Assembly (NCBI RefSeq): GCF_965196625.1
Contig: NZ_OZ239769.1
Location: forward strand, 510,001 to 542,000
Reading direction: 5' to 3'
DNA from: Candidatus Saccharimonadota bacterium
GTDB taxonomy: Bacteria > Bacteroidota > Bacteroidia > Cytophagales > Amoebophilaceae
Length of the DNA stretch: 32,000 nucleotides
The translations under genes were made by a program, and so were the position numbers. The stretch's first letter is position 1; every line of letters begins with the position of its first letter. Below the pieces are notes generated by a model. It saw nothing but the letters and a program-made list of their open reading frames with translations, searched no databases and was not told the DNA's origin. This document shows, piece after piece, positions 24,300-32,000 of the stretch.

Positions 24300-25562
24300 A
24301 TGCTCGACAGAACCATTCCACCCAAGTTTAAAGAGATTGAAACCATTGATTTTCCATGGACAGAAAGGCATATGCTTCAGAATAAGGTTCCACTTTATCT
24401 TTTAAATATTGGCCATCAGCCCATTATAGCGTTAGAATTGATTTTTAAATCTGGTAGTTGCTATGAGTTGCATCCAGGTGCAGCTTACTTTACCGCCGCT
24501 ATGTTATTAGAGGGTACAGCCACCAAGCATACGCAAGCCATTGCGCAGATTATTGATTATTATGGCGCAACCATTAGTACCTGTGTACAGAGAGATTTTT
24601 GCACCATCTCTCTTTCCACGCTTGCTAAGCACCTTGATCCACTGTTAGACTTATTGGTAGAACTACTATTGACCCCTAGTTTTCCCGAAAAGCCACTCCA
24701 ATTGCTAAAAAATGTAAAAACGCAAGCCATTCAAATGGCCGATAAAAAGAATAATCAGGTAGCCTATAAGCGGTTTTGTACAGCGCTTTTTACAGCAGCA
24801 CATCCATATGGTAGCCATTTAACCGTACAAGATGTAGCCCACATTCAACGGGACCATTTGTGCCACCATTATGCGCAAACATTCTTTAACGATTGTACGG
24901 CTTTTGTCAGTGGCCAAGTCACTCCGGTAGCCTTACAACGCATCAAAGCATCCCTAGCCCATTTGTCCGTTAAAAGCGGCCTGCCAGTAGACCCAATTCC
25001 ATCTGGTAATCTGCCTGAAAAAATAGATTTAGCCGATGGGTCACATTTGCAGTCCGCCATTGTAATCGGTAAAAAACTATTGGTCAAGCAGGAAGCAGAT
25101 TTTTTACCCATGGTTGTCGTCAACACCCTATTAGGCGGTTATTTTGGTTCTCGGTTGATGCGGAATATTCGAGAAGACAAAGGCTATACCTATGGCATCT
25201 ATTCCAATATGGTAGCCTTGCTACAAGCTGGTTACCTGACCATTTCTACAGAAGTAGCCCAAGAAGTGACCAAGCAAACCATCCAAGAAATCTATAAAGA
25301 AATAGAAATATTGCAGCATGAGCCCGTTACAGAGGAGGCCTTACAAAATGTTAAAAATTATTTACTAGGCCATTTTTTAACGACCATTAACGATCCTTTT
25401 TCCATCATGCAAAAGTTTCAAACCGCCTATCTGCATGGACTCGATCAAAGTTATTATGTGGCATTTTACCATCAGGTTCGCAATATAACCCCTCTAGAAG
25501 TTAGAAACTTAGCGCAAAAATACTTATCTTTAGATTCATTTACAGAAGTGGTGGTCCGTTAA
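24300..25562 (+). CDS. Peptidase M16 (pitrilysin) family protein, non-catalytic homologue
   Basis: M16 two-domain length and C-terminal conservation (LLGGYFGSRLMRNIREDKGYTYGIYS). The HxxEH site reads AAYFTAAMLLEGT, so H, E and H are all replaced. Confidence 0.85.
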   Translation: MLDRTIPPKFKEIETIDFPWTERHMLQNKVPLYLLNIGHQPIIALELIFKSGSCYELHPGAAYFTAAMLLEGTATKHTQAIAQIIDYYGATISTCVQRDFCTISLSTLAKHLDPLLDLLVELLLTPSFPEKPLQLLKNVKTQAIQMADKKNNQVAYKRFCTALFTAAHPYGSHLTVQDVAHIQRDHLCHHYAQTFFNDCTAFVSGQVTPVALQRIKASLAHLSVKSGLPVDPIPSGNLPEKIDLADGSHLQSAIVIGKKLLVKQEADFLPMVVVNTLLGGYFGSRLMRNIREDKGYTYGIYSNMVALLQAGYLTISTEVAQEVTKQTIQEIYKEIEILQHEPVTEEALQNVKNYLLGHFLTTINDPFSIMQKFQTAYLHGLDQSYYVAFYHQVRNITPLEVRNLAQKYLSLDSFTEVVVR

Positions 25563-25708
25563 TGCACCTGTACTTTATATATGTCAGGAGGCTATTTGTA
25601 ATTGTGGCGCCTCAGCGCTGCGAAAAGGCAGCATGCCATTTTCTTTAAGTGGGTGCCATTACTGGCTCCGTTTTTGTTTAATTTGCATTTGATGCAATAA
25701 GAAACTAT

Positions 25709-25752
25709 ATTTGAGGCCTTTAGTTTTTTCTATACGGCCCTCAAATTTTTTT
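25709..25752 (+). terminator. Stem-loop plus T7 run (terminator- or attenuator-like), 27 nt upstream of rplM
   Basis: atttgaggcc (25709-25718) pairs with ggccctcaaat (25736-25746, one bulged C). TTTTTTT follows at 25746-25752. Confidence 0.45.
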
Positions 25753-25778
25753 GTTGGTTCAACTTTTCTTTAAGAAGC

Positions 25779-26228
25779 GTGGATTATATCAGTTATAAAA
25801 CAAAATATGCTAACAAGCAGAGTGTCAGCAAGCAATGGGTTGTTGTTGATGCTTCATCGCAGCCGTTGGGTAGATTGGCAAGTCAGGTTGCATACATCAT
25901 TCGTGGAAAGCATAAGCCTGATTTTACACCCCATGTAGATGGAGGGGATCATGTGATCGTTTTAAATGCGGGCAAGGTAGCTTTATCAGGTAATAAATGG
26001 GTAAAAAAAACCTATACCACTTATTCGGGTTATCCTGGTGGGTTAAAGCGTGCTACACCGCAAGAAGTTCAGGCGACTAGGCCAAAGCGTGTGATCGAGC
26101 ATGCTGTAAAAGGTATGTTGCCTAAAAATAGATTAGGGAGAAGATTGTTTCACAATTTGCATGTTTGTGAAGGCGCACTTCATCCATATACCGCTCAAAA
26201 ACCAATTCCAATTACCTTAAAGTACTAA
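25779..26228 (+). CDS. rplM: 50S ribosomal protein L13
   Basis: WVVVDASSQPLGRLASQVAYIIRGKHKPDFTPHVDGGDHVIVLNA is a canonical L13 sequence. GTG start. Confidence 0.95.
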   Translation: MDYISYKTKYANKQSVSKQWVVVDASSQPLGRLASQVAYIIRGKHKPDFTPHVDGGDHVIVLNAGKVALSGNKWVKKTYTTYSGYPGGLKRATPQEVQATRPKRVIEHAVKGMLPKNRLGRRLFHNLHVCEGALHPYTAQKPIPITLKY

Positions 26229-26238
26229 TTATTAACGG

Positions 26239-26628
26239 ATGGAAACAGTCAATGCAGTAGGTCGAAGAAAGACCGCCGTAGCTAGGGTATATCTTGTGAA
26301 GGGCACAGGAGACATTATAATTAATCACAAGACGCTTTTAGATTATTTCCCAGTAGAAGAAATTAGCTTAATTGTTAAGCAGCCGCTCGAAAAGTTAGCT
26401 ATAGCCAGTCAATTTAATCTAAAAGTTAACGTTGTTGGTGGGGGATTGCGTGGGCAAGCTGAAGCCATTCGCTTGGGTATTGCTAGGGCACTTTGTAAAT
26501 TAGACTTAGAAAACAATAGACCTATACTTAAAAAAGAAGGCTTCTTAACCAGGGATGCTAGAGTCGTGGAGCGTAAGAAATATGGCCGTAAAAAGTCAAG
26601 AAAGAAATTCCAGTTTACAAAACGTTAG
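26239..26628 (+). CDS. rpsI: 30S ribosomal protein S9
   Basis: GRRKTAVARV...GGGLRGQAEAIRLGIARAL...LTRDARVVERKKYGRKKSRKKFQFTKR. Confidence 0.95.
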   Translation: METVNAVGRRKTAVARVYLVKGTGDIIINHKTLLDYFPVEEISLIVKQPLEKLAIASQFNLKVNVVGGGLRGQAEAIRLGIARALCKLDLENNRPILKKEGFLTRDARVVERKKYGRKKSRKKFQFTKR

Positions 26629-26664
26629 GTCTAATTAGGCTGTCTGCAAAACGCGTTTATGTCC

Positions 26665-26765
26665 GGTAATTTGTAGGAAAAACGGCGTGCAAAACCGGAG
26701 CGTACTAAATGTATATGAAGATTTGCGCATCGGATCTGACGCGCAAATTACCAGCAGAAGTTAGC
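26665..26765 (+). repeat. About 100-nt structured intergenic repeat (family 2), copy 2, between rpsI and rpsB
   Basis: See 18520-18619. The spurious N-terminal extension of the rpsB ORF (track start 26709) is read out of this repeat. Confidence 0.8.
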
Positions 26766-26813
26766 GTTTCGCAGGTGGTCTATTGTCATAGTTATTATTT
26801 GTTGTTATCCATA

Positions 26814-27752
26814 ATGATAAAACTAGAATTCAAAACACTACTTGATGCTGGTGTCCATTTTGGTCATTTGACTAGAAAGTGGAATCCTAAAATGGCTCCC
26901 TTCATTTTTATGAAGCAAAATGGCATACATATCATCGATTTGAACAAAACGATTGCCTGTATGGAGGGTGCTGCTTTACAGTTAAATGCAATGGCACAAG
27001 CTGGTAAAAAGATTTTGTTTGTAGCTACTAAAAAGCAGATTAAAGCTTCCGTAGAGCAGACCGCAAAAGATTTAGGTATGCCCTATGTTACCGAACGGTG
27101 GCTTGGCGGTACGCTTACTAATTTTGTAAATACTCGAAAGCTATTAAAGCGGATGCTTGCCATAGAAAAAAACATGCATACCATTGCCTATAAAAACTTG
27201 GCAAAAAAAGAAAGGTTGGTCATTGCGCGAGAGCAAGAAAAACTTAATAGAATATTACAAGGATTGGCTGGTGTGACCAGGCTGCCATCTGCACTATTTG
27301 TAATTGATATTAAGGAAGAACATATTGCTGTTGAGGAAGCTCGAAAACTGGGTATTCCTGTTTTTGCCCTTGTGGATACCAATGCAAATCCAGATGTTAT
27401 TGATTTCCCTATTCCTGGTAATGATGATGCATTCCGTTCTGTTGACATTGTAGTGCGTTATCTTGCCAACGCGATTAAGGAAGGCATTGCTGCTTATAAA
27501 AAAGAGAAAGCGGAGGCCATTCCTAAAAAAGAAGAAGAGCCTGCCAGTAATGCAGCCAATAAGCCTGCGCCTAGACGGGGCATCAAAGTCGTACAGGGTG
27601 TGGTCATTAAGAAAGCGGCTCCTGCTAGGGCTAAGCCTTCTGCCCCTGTAACCAAAGAAAAAGTAGCAGCAGAAGCTCCTCCTAAGGGTCCGTCAGAAAA
27701 GGCGATACAAGCTACTGCGCCACCTAAGGATCAGTCGGAAAAAGAAAAGTAA
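26814..27752 (+). CDS. rpsB: 30S ribosomal protein S2 with a Lys/Pro/Ala-rich C-terminal extension
   Basis: The start is placed at MIKLEFKTLLDAGVHFGHLTRKWNPKM, the canonical S2 N-terminus. The body is conserved to about aa 245. The KKEKAEAIPKKEEEP...APPKDQSEKEK tail follows. Confidence 0.93.
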   Translation: MIKLEFKTLLDAGVHFGHLTRKWNPKMAPFIFMKQNGIHIIDLNKTIACMEGAALQLNAMAQAGKKILFVATKKQIKASVEQTAKDLGMPYVTERWLGGTLTNFVNTRKLLKRMLAIEKNMHTIAYKNLAKKERLVIAREQEKLNRILQGLAGVTRLPSALFVIDIKEEHIAVEEARKLGIPVFALVDTNANPDVIDFPIPGNDDAFRSVDIVVRYLANAIKEGIAAYKKEKAEAIPKKEEEPASNAANKPAPRRGIKVVQGVVIKKAAPARAKPSAPVTKEKVAAEAPPKGPSEKAIQATAPPKDQSEKEK

Positions 27753-27798
27753 TCATTAACTCATTAGAGGTCTATTAGCCTATTGTATAAAAAAGTAT

Positions 27799-28632
27799 AT
27801 GGTCATTACAGCAAAAGATGTAGCTGCACTAAGGCAAAGAACAGGTGCAGGAATGATGGATTGTAAAAAAGCATTGGTGGAAACAGAGGGTGATTTTGAA
27901 CAAGCCATTGATTTGCTTAGAAAGAAAGGGCAAAAAATATTTGCAGATCGCGCGGCACATCATGCAAGCGAAGGAGCTGTTTTTGCTTGTGCCAGTTTGG
28001 ACAATAGCACCTCTTTTTTGTTGGTATTGAACTGTGAGACTGACTTTGTCGCTAAAAACGAATCATTCCTGCAACTCGGTAAAGCCATTTTAGAAGTTGC
28101 CGCAACACATCGGCCTAGTTCCATAGCCGCATTAGAAGTCTTGCCTTTGGGTAAGGGTACTGTGCAAGAGGCGATTATGGCATCTACCGGAACAATTGGT
28201 GAAAAAATTACTATTTCTACCTATGAGACCTTAGCCGCTCAAGTAACGGTTCCCTACATCCATACAGGCAATCGATTGGCCGTATTGGTCGCCTTAGAAG
28301 GCGCCCAGGGCGAACAGGTATTGGCTGCAGGTAGAGATGTAGCCATGCAAATAGCCGCTATGAATCCAGTAGCCGTTGATAAAGATCAAGTAGACCCAGC
28401 TGTAGTAGAAAGAGAATCGGCCGTTATACAAGCACAACTGATAGATGAAGGTTATGAAGGCGAAAAAGCAGCGAAAATAACCCAGGGCAGGTTGCATAAG
28501 TTTTTTCAAGAAAATACGCTATTGCAGCAGCCATTTGTCAAGAATAGCAAATTAACCGTAGCCCAATATCTTCAAACCATTGCCCCGTTTTTGATTGTTA
28601 CCGCATTCAAGCGCATTGGTGTGGGGGTATAG
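27799..28632 (+). CDS. tsf: Translation elongation factor Ts
   Basis: ITAKDVAALRQRTGAGMMDCKKALVETEGDFEQAIDLLRKKG (UBA-like N-terminus) and ...AMQIAAMNP... Confidence 0.95.
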   Translation: MVITAKDVAALRQRTGAGMMDCKKALVETEGDFEQAIDLLRKKGQKIFADRAAHHASEGAVFACASLDNSTSFLLVLNCETDFVAKNESFLQLGKAILEVAATHRPSSIAALEVLPLGKGTVQEAIMASTGTIGEKITISTYETLAAQVTVPYIHTGNRLAVLVALEGAQGEQVLAAGRDVAMQIAAMNPVAVDKDQVDPAVVERESAVIQAQLIDEGYEGEKAAKITQGRLHKFFQENTLLQQPFVKNSKLTVAQYLQTIAPFLIVTAFKRIGVGV

Positions 28633-28869
28633 TTTTTTTATGCTTTTCGTTTATCTATTTTTTTTATTGTTATAGTAGCATGCAATCAATTTAAAATGAT
28701 TACTAATATGACGCCTCTTTCTTCACTTAAACTTTAAAAATTATTTATTTATCTGACAGGGTTCATCGTCACCTGTTTTTTACACTTCAGCTGTCAGTTT
28801 TTGCCTTTATAGGCTGTTCCTATGCGCTAGGCTACTGGTAGGCTATAATGCCCAAAGCAAGACAAAACC

Positions 28870-28947
28870 TCCTAAAAATTAGGGAAAACACGCCCTTGGA
28901 AAAAGCTACAGAAATCCCTCCCTTTCAGCCGGGAAACAGGCTTTTCC
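28870..28947 (-). repeat. Short structured repeat (family 3), copy B, inverted relative to 16094-16150
   Basis: tcctaaaaattagggaaaacacgcccttggaaaaag...ctttcagc...gcttttcc aligns with the reverse complement of copy A. It ends 13 nt downstream of the stop of the minus-strand ORF 28960-29811. Confidence 0.6.
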
Positions 28948-28959
28948 TGCTTTAATCAT

Positions 28960-29811
28960 TTATTTTCTTCTTTTTTGCTTTGTCCTTTGTCCTTTTTGTT
29001 TACGCTGAATAAGGCTTTCTAATTTTTCTATGTAGTCATCTGCCGTTTTGAAAGTAATTTTTATATACGCTTCTTGTTCTTTTTCTGAGTTATCCTGGAA
29101 TATCTTTACAAAAGTTTCATCATTCACATTGTTTTCATTGCAGAATGTGTTTATATCCTTTAGCAGTTGTTTTTGTTCTGCCTTTTTTTTGCATAGCATA
29201 GTGCATTCATCTTTTTTAGCTATTATCTTATTGATTTTTCTTTGAAGTTCTTGTAGTCGAGGTGATATATTTTGGGTTGGTTCTGTGTTGTATTCTTTTG
29301 TATTTTCCAATGGTTTTGATGAAGGGTTTAAATTATCCAGTTGCTCGTTTGACCTGAGTGTTATATTGCCTTGTCCATTGTGATCATTTGTATGCCTGTT
29401 GAACGGGTTTGGTGCGGTTGGGCTGTCGCGATGTAGCCTTTGTTTTGATTTGTCTAATCCATCTAATCCATTATCTGTACTCGATTTAAGGTCGCCATTT
29501 TTCCCTGGAGCAAGTTGCTTGTTGATTGCATTCCTATCCCCTAAATCCGTTTGAAGCATTTTTGGTAGCTGTTTTGGTGGATGGTCTTTTTTGTCTTGGT
29601 TATCCTTAGTATTGGGTGGATTTATATTTATATTTTTATTTTTATCTATGCTATTTTCATCGCCATCTAGTTCATAAGCTGTATTTATTACACCTTCTTT
29701 TATACCTCCTTTACCCGTTTCATGATCTATCGCTTTGAGTAGCCTTGTTTTTATGGTAGGTAATTGGGTTTGTGTATCCTCTTTTTTTTTTGAACCAACT
29801 GCCGCATCCAA
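28960..29811 (-). CDS. Low-complexity Asn/Lys/Asp-rich protein with a helical C-terminal region and a basic tail; body of a frameshifted lipoprotein gene
   Basis: The long ORF has no nearby ATG (the track uses TTG; the first ATG is at about codon 85). A signal-peptide-encoding ORF sits just upstream in another frame, joined through an A10 tract. Confidence 0.6.
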   Translation of the reverse strand: MDAAVGSKKKEDTQTQLPTIKTRLLKAIDHETGKGGIKEGVINTAYELDGDENSIDKNKNININPPNTKDNQDKKDHPPKQLPKMLQTDLGDRNAINKQLAPGKNGDLKSSTDNGLDGLDKSKQRLHRDSPTAPNPFNRHTNDHNGQGNITLRSNEQLDNLNPSSKPLENTKEYNTEPTQNISPRLQELQRKINKIIAKKDECTMLCKKKAEQKQLLKDINTFCNENNVNDETFVKIFQDNSEKEQEAYIKITFKTADDYIEKLESLIQRKQKGQRTKQKRRK

Positions 29812-29893
29812 CTGAAACCAGTAGTGCGCAGTACAATGAACCGTTTGTTAAGATTTTTATCCCTTCTATCGTTTTGTTTTTTGTTGTTTCCAT
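29720..29893 (-). other. Out-of-frame leader ORF encoding a lipoprotein-type signal peptide (METTKNKTIEGIKILTNGSLYCALLVSVGCGSWFKKK...)
   Basis: My own translation from the ATG at 29893. After the A10 tract this frame ends at 29720-29722. Removing one A fuses it in frame to the ORF 28960-29811. Confidence 0.55.
29782..29791. repeat. Homopolymer T10 (A10 on the coding strand) at the frame junction
   Basis: Counted directly: c-tttttttttt-g. Confidence 0.9.
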
Positions 29894-30278
29894 GCTTTAT
29901 CTAATTATTATACTGTGAAACATAATGCTTTATGAAAACGTATGTGGCTATGCGGTCCTAAGGTGATATATGCATCCATCATCTTATATCCTTTAATGGA
30001 TGGTATGTAAATTTCTGTAATTATCCAAATATACCTTTTGTTTTGTTTGGAATTGTATTTATTTTTTATTAAATACAAATAAAATCATTTAAAGTGAAAG
30101 GCAAGTGAATAGATTTGTTCCATTGTTTTTCATGCAGTTTTCTGTTTTTACTTTGTTTAATTATGATATGCGCATGAAAGTAGATAAGCAATTTGGATAG
30201 GCTATACCTATTTCAGAATATGCATTGCAATAATTTTGATTAGTACTGATTATAAAATGCCATTAAAAAATCGATACC

Positions 30279-30653
30279 ATGAAAAAAACATATACACGTT
30301 ATAAGACAGGTCTGTTTATCTCGTTGCTTAGTCTATATACATTGTCTTCTTGTGTACATACAGGTCGGACGTTAAGTTTAGATACATATCAGGCGCAAAG
30401 GATCAAAATGGGTTTGTCTGTGCAGGAAAATGAATCTGAAAAATTATGTAATGTGGACTGGAAAAAAAAATTGTATTGGGTAGGACGTGGCGTGCTATTT
30501 GTTTCATTAGGAATAGGCATAGGAGTAGGAGCGACAAAGTTGTATTTCTATGCTGCGTCAGCAGATTCGGATGTAATGAAGGAGACAACAAATACAACGA
30601 CAGGGCTAACCACTGTAGCACCAAGGTTAATGCGCAATAGCCTAGTATTGTAA
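30279..30653 (+). CDS. Hypothetical small lipoprotein or membrane protein
   Basis: Signal peptide with lipobox (LYTLSSC), an internal TM helix (GVLFVSLGIGIGVGATKLYFY), and an A9 tract at 30462-30470. Confidence 0.5.
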   Translation: MKKTYTRYKTGLFISLLSLYTLSSCVHTGRTLSLDTYQAQRIKMGLSVQENESEKLCNVDWKKKLYWVGRGVLFVSLGIGIGVGATKLYFYAASADSDVMKETTNTTTGLTTVAPRLMRNSLVL

Positions 30654-30722
30654 TCCAATGGATTGAATCTGCATAGCAGTAACGGCAACTCGATGGATTA
30701 ACTGGTTCAGTAGAAACTTTAA

Positions 30723-30763
30723 ACCTGTTTTACCACTGACTTGAACAGGCTCCTTTTTTTTTT
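30723..30763 (+). terminator. Hairpin plus T10 run between convergent genes
   Basis: cctgtt (30724-30729) pairs with aacagg (30744-30749). T10 follows at 30754-30763 and overlaps the yraN stop codon. Confidence 0.5.
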
Positions 30764-31127
30764 AATAAAATCCATCTTCTAAGTGTACAATTTCAGTCAC
30801 TTGTTCTTTGCTTCCTAGCACAGCGATAATATCGAAACGTATGGCTTGCACGCTATTTTGGATGCGCAGGTAATGTGCGGCAGCTAAGCGCAGTGCACGA
30901 ATTTTCTTTTGGTTTACAAAGGTTTCTGGGTTTCCAAATAAACTATTTTTGCGTGCTTTTACCTCAACAAAGACAATCAATTTTCCTTTTTTAACGATAA
31001 GATCTATTTCAAAGCGTTTGTAACGAAAGTTCTGGGCTAGTATGGTAAAGCCTTTTTGGGCCAAATAATCTGCTGCAACCATTTCTGCATATTGACCAAA
31101 GTCTTGCGCAATATTTTCTGTGGGCAT
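30762..31127 (-). CDS. yraN: YraN-family (UPF0102) endonuclease-like protein
   Basis: AEMVAADYLAQKGFTILAQNFRYKRFEIDLIVKKGKLIVFVEVKARKN is the typical YraN/PD-(D/E)xK core. Confidence 0.85.
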   Translation of the reverse strand: MPTENIAQDFGQYAEMVAADYLAQKGFTILAQNFRYKRFEIDLIVKKGKLIVFVEVKARKNSLFGNPETFVNQKKIRALRLAAAHYLRIQNSVQAIRFDIIAVLGSKEQVTEIVHLEDGFY

Positions 31128-31283
31128 AGTTTTAAAATGTGGTATGCTATATGCGCATCATCCATCTAAACATAAAAAATCGTTCGCACTAGTTTTGTCT
31201 GCGCTATCTTACTTCAATAGGCTATAATAATAAAAAACTATTGGTAATAAATATACTTATTCCGATATTGTAACTTTTAATTT

Positions 31284-31406
31284 AATGCTATTAAAGCCAT
31301 ACTAGGTGTTGCGTTGTTTTTGTTTTGTACAAATGTTTTTTTGCTGATCATCAATTTATATCATAAAATTAAGTAAAAAAAGCTTGTTCCATTTGTTATA
31401 TATCAC
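31284..31406 (+). repeat. Second copy of the 1484-1598 segment
   Basis: See 1484-1598. Here it is entirely intergenic, between yraN and the partial OMP ORF. Confidence 0.4.
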
Positions 31407-31542
31407 TGAATAGGACCTATAGATTTCCCTTCATTTTGGTGATTGGTATCCATATGGCTGCGTTGTCCCCAAAAAGGAAAGCGCGCCTTTTAAATAAATA
31501 TAAATTTATTTTTACCATAAAATAGCTGTAATTTAGTTCCCT

Positions 31543-32000
31543 ATGAGGAGGGTTGTAATGTTAGCTTTGTGTTTTTCAATCGGGCATGGTATTGCTATGG
31601 CATTGCCTGGCCGTTTTAGTGCGGAGTGTTCGCCTTCTTACGCTACCAATAGGGTATATAGCCAAATGCAGCCGACTCCCTATGATAAAGGAGGTGCGGT
31701 AAGGATCCATTTTGGTGCTGCCTATCATCTTGCATTACAGGAGCATTGTAGTCTTAGCTTAGGTCTTTCTTATGCCTTAGGCCATATTGGATTGGCGCGT
31801 GATGCGGTTGAGTTGACCTCCTCTGTAGATGAAGCCTATTTTTTACGTTATGTGTGGGTACCTGTCCTATGCAGGTTTTATACTAGTGAGGTGATGCTTG
31901 ACACCAGTATCTATTTTAAGTTAGGCATTATACCCTCTATTAATCTGCCAAGCAGAGTCACTCTACCCTCGCAGTCAGGTGCTCCGGCTTTTTTAACGAA
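31543..32000 (+). CDS. Partial ORF running off the window; probable outer-membrane beta-barrel protein
   Basis: My own translation: MRRVVMLALCFSIGHGIAMA (signal), then alternating beta-strand-like segments (VRIHFGAAYHLAL, SLSLGLSYALGHIG, YFLRYVWVPVLCRFY, IYFKLGIIPSINL). No stop before nt 32000. An alternative start lies at 31558. Confidence 0.5.
   Translation, partial: MRRVVMLALCFSIGHGIAMALPGRFSAECSPSYATNRVYSQMQPTPYDKGGAVRIHFGAAYHLALQEHCSLSLGLSYALGHIGLARDAVELTSSVDEAYFLRYVWVPVLCRFYTSEVMLDTSIYFKLGIIPSINLPSRVTLPSQSGAPAFLT

Noticed and set aside
26665-26765. Family-2 repeat interpreted as an S2 (rpsB) autoregulatory leader or riboswitch
   Set aside because: An almost identical copy lies between cdaA and pdhB in the opposite orientation relative to transcription. 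A generic REP/MITE-like element is therefore more parsimonious.
26709-26813. N-terminal extension of the rpsB ORF (MYMKICASDLTRKLPAEV...)
   Set aside because: It is read out of the family-2 intergenic repeat. The canonical S2 N-terminus starts at the ATG at 26814.
1-32000. CRISPR arrays, tRNA/rRNA genes, transposases, integrases, toxin-antitoxin pairs and known defence-system genes
   Set aside because: I looked for regularly spaced direct repeats, T-loop GTTCGAATC-type motifs, DDE/tyrosine-recombinase-like ORFs and small adjacent ORF pairs, and found nothing convincing. A covariance-model scan (tRNAscan-SE/Infernal) would be needed to exclude small RNAs.

Overview
This 32-kb window reads as a chromosomal segment of an AT-rich Bacteroidota genome (roughly 38-40% GC by eye). 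Three things point to an Amoebophilus/Cardinium-type intracellular symbiont, by inference only: the rplM-rpsI-rpsB-tsf block, a GldJ/GldK-like FGE-domain protein, and eukaryote-like ANK/TPR/USP ORFs set among many A/T homopolymers and intergenic palindromic repeats. The housekeeping backbone is gyrA (3' part), an M50 protease, an FNR-type reductase, a GT2 glycosyltransferase, uvrC, rbfA, tpiA, pdhB, cdaA, comF, an inactive M16 homologue, rplM, rpsI, rpsB, tsf and yraN. Accessory ORFs lie between these: an ankyrin protein, a TPR protein, a ubiquitin-specific protease, a USP-His-box-like lipoprotein, a PP2C fragment and several predicted lipoproteins. I recognised no rRNA, tRNA, CRISPR array, transposase, integrase or phage genes. 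The main points of interest are: (1) Two paralogous Ala-rich lipoprotein genes (11166-12032 and 14730-15716) almost never use A at codon position 3, which leaves the in-register antisense frame open for 200-238 codons. They bracket GT2-uvrC and are themselves bracketed by copies of a palindromic repeat. (2) A sodium:solute-symporter gene is fused to extra TM helices, a kinase-like region and a RelA/SpoT-type HD domain whose catalytic residues are all replaced; the gene is also split by a frameshift. (3) A lipoprotein gene has its signal peptide separated from its body by an A10 tract. (4) At least three families of short structured intergenic repeats are present. Every functional call comes from motif recognition by eye, and no database search was possible.
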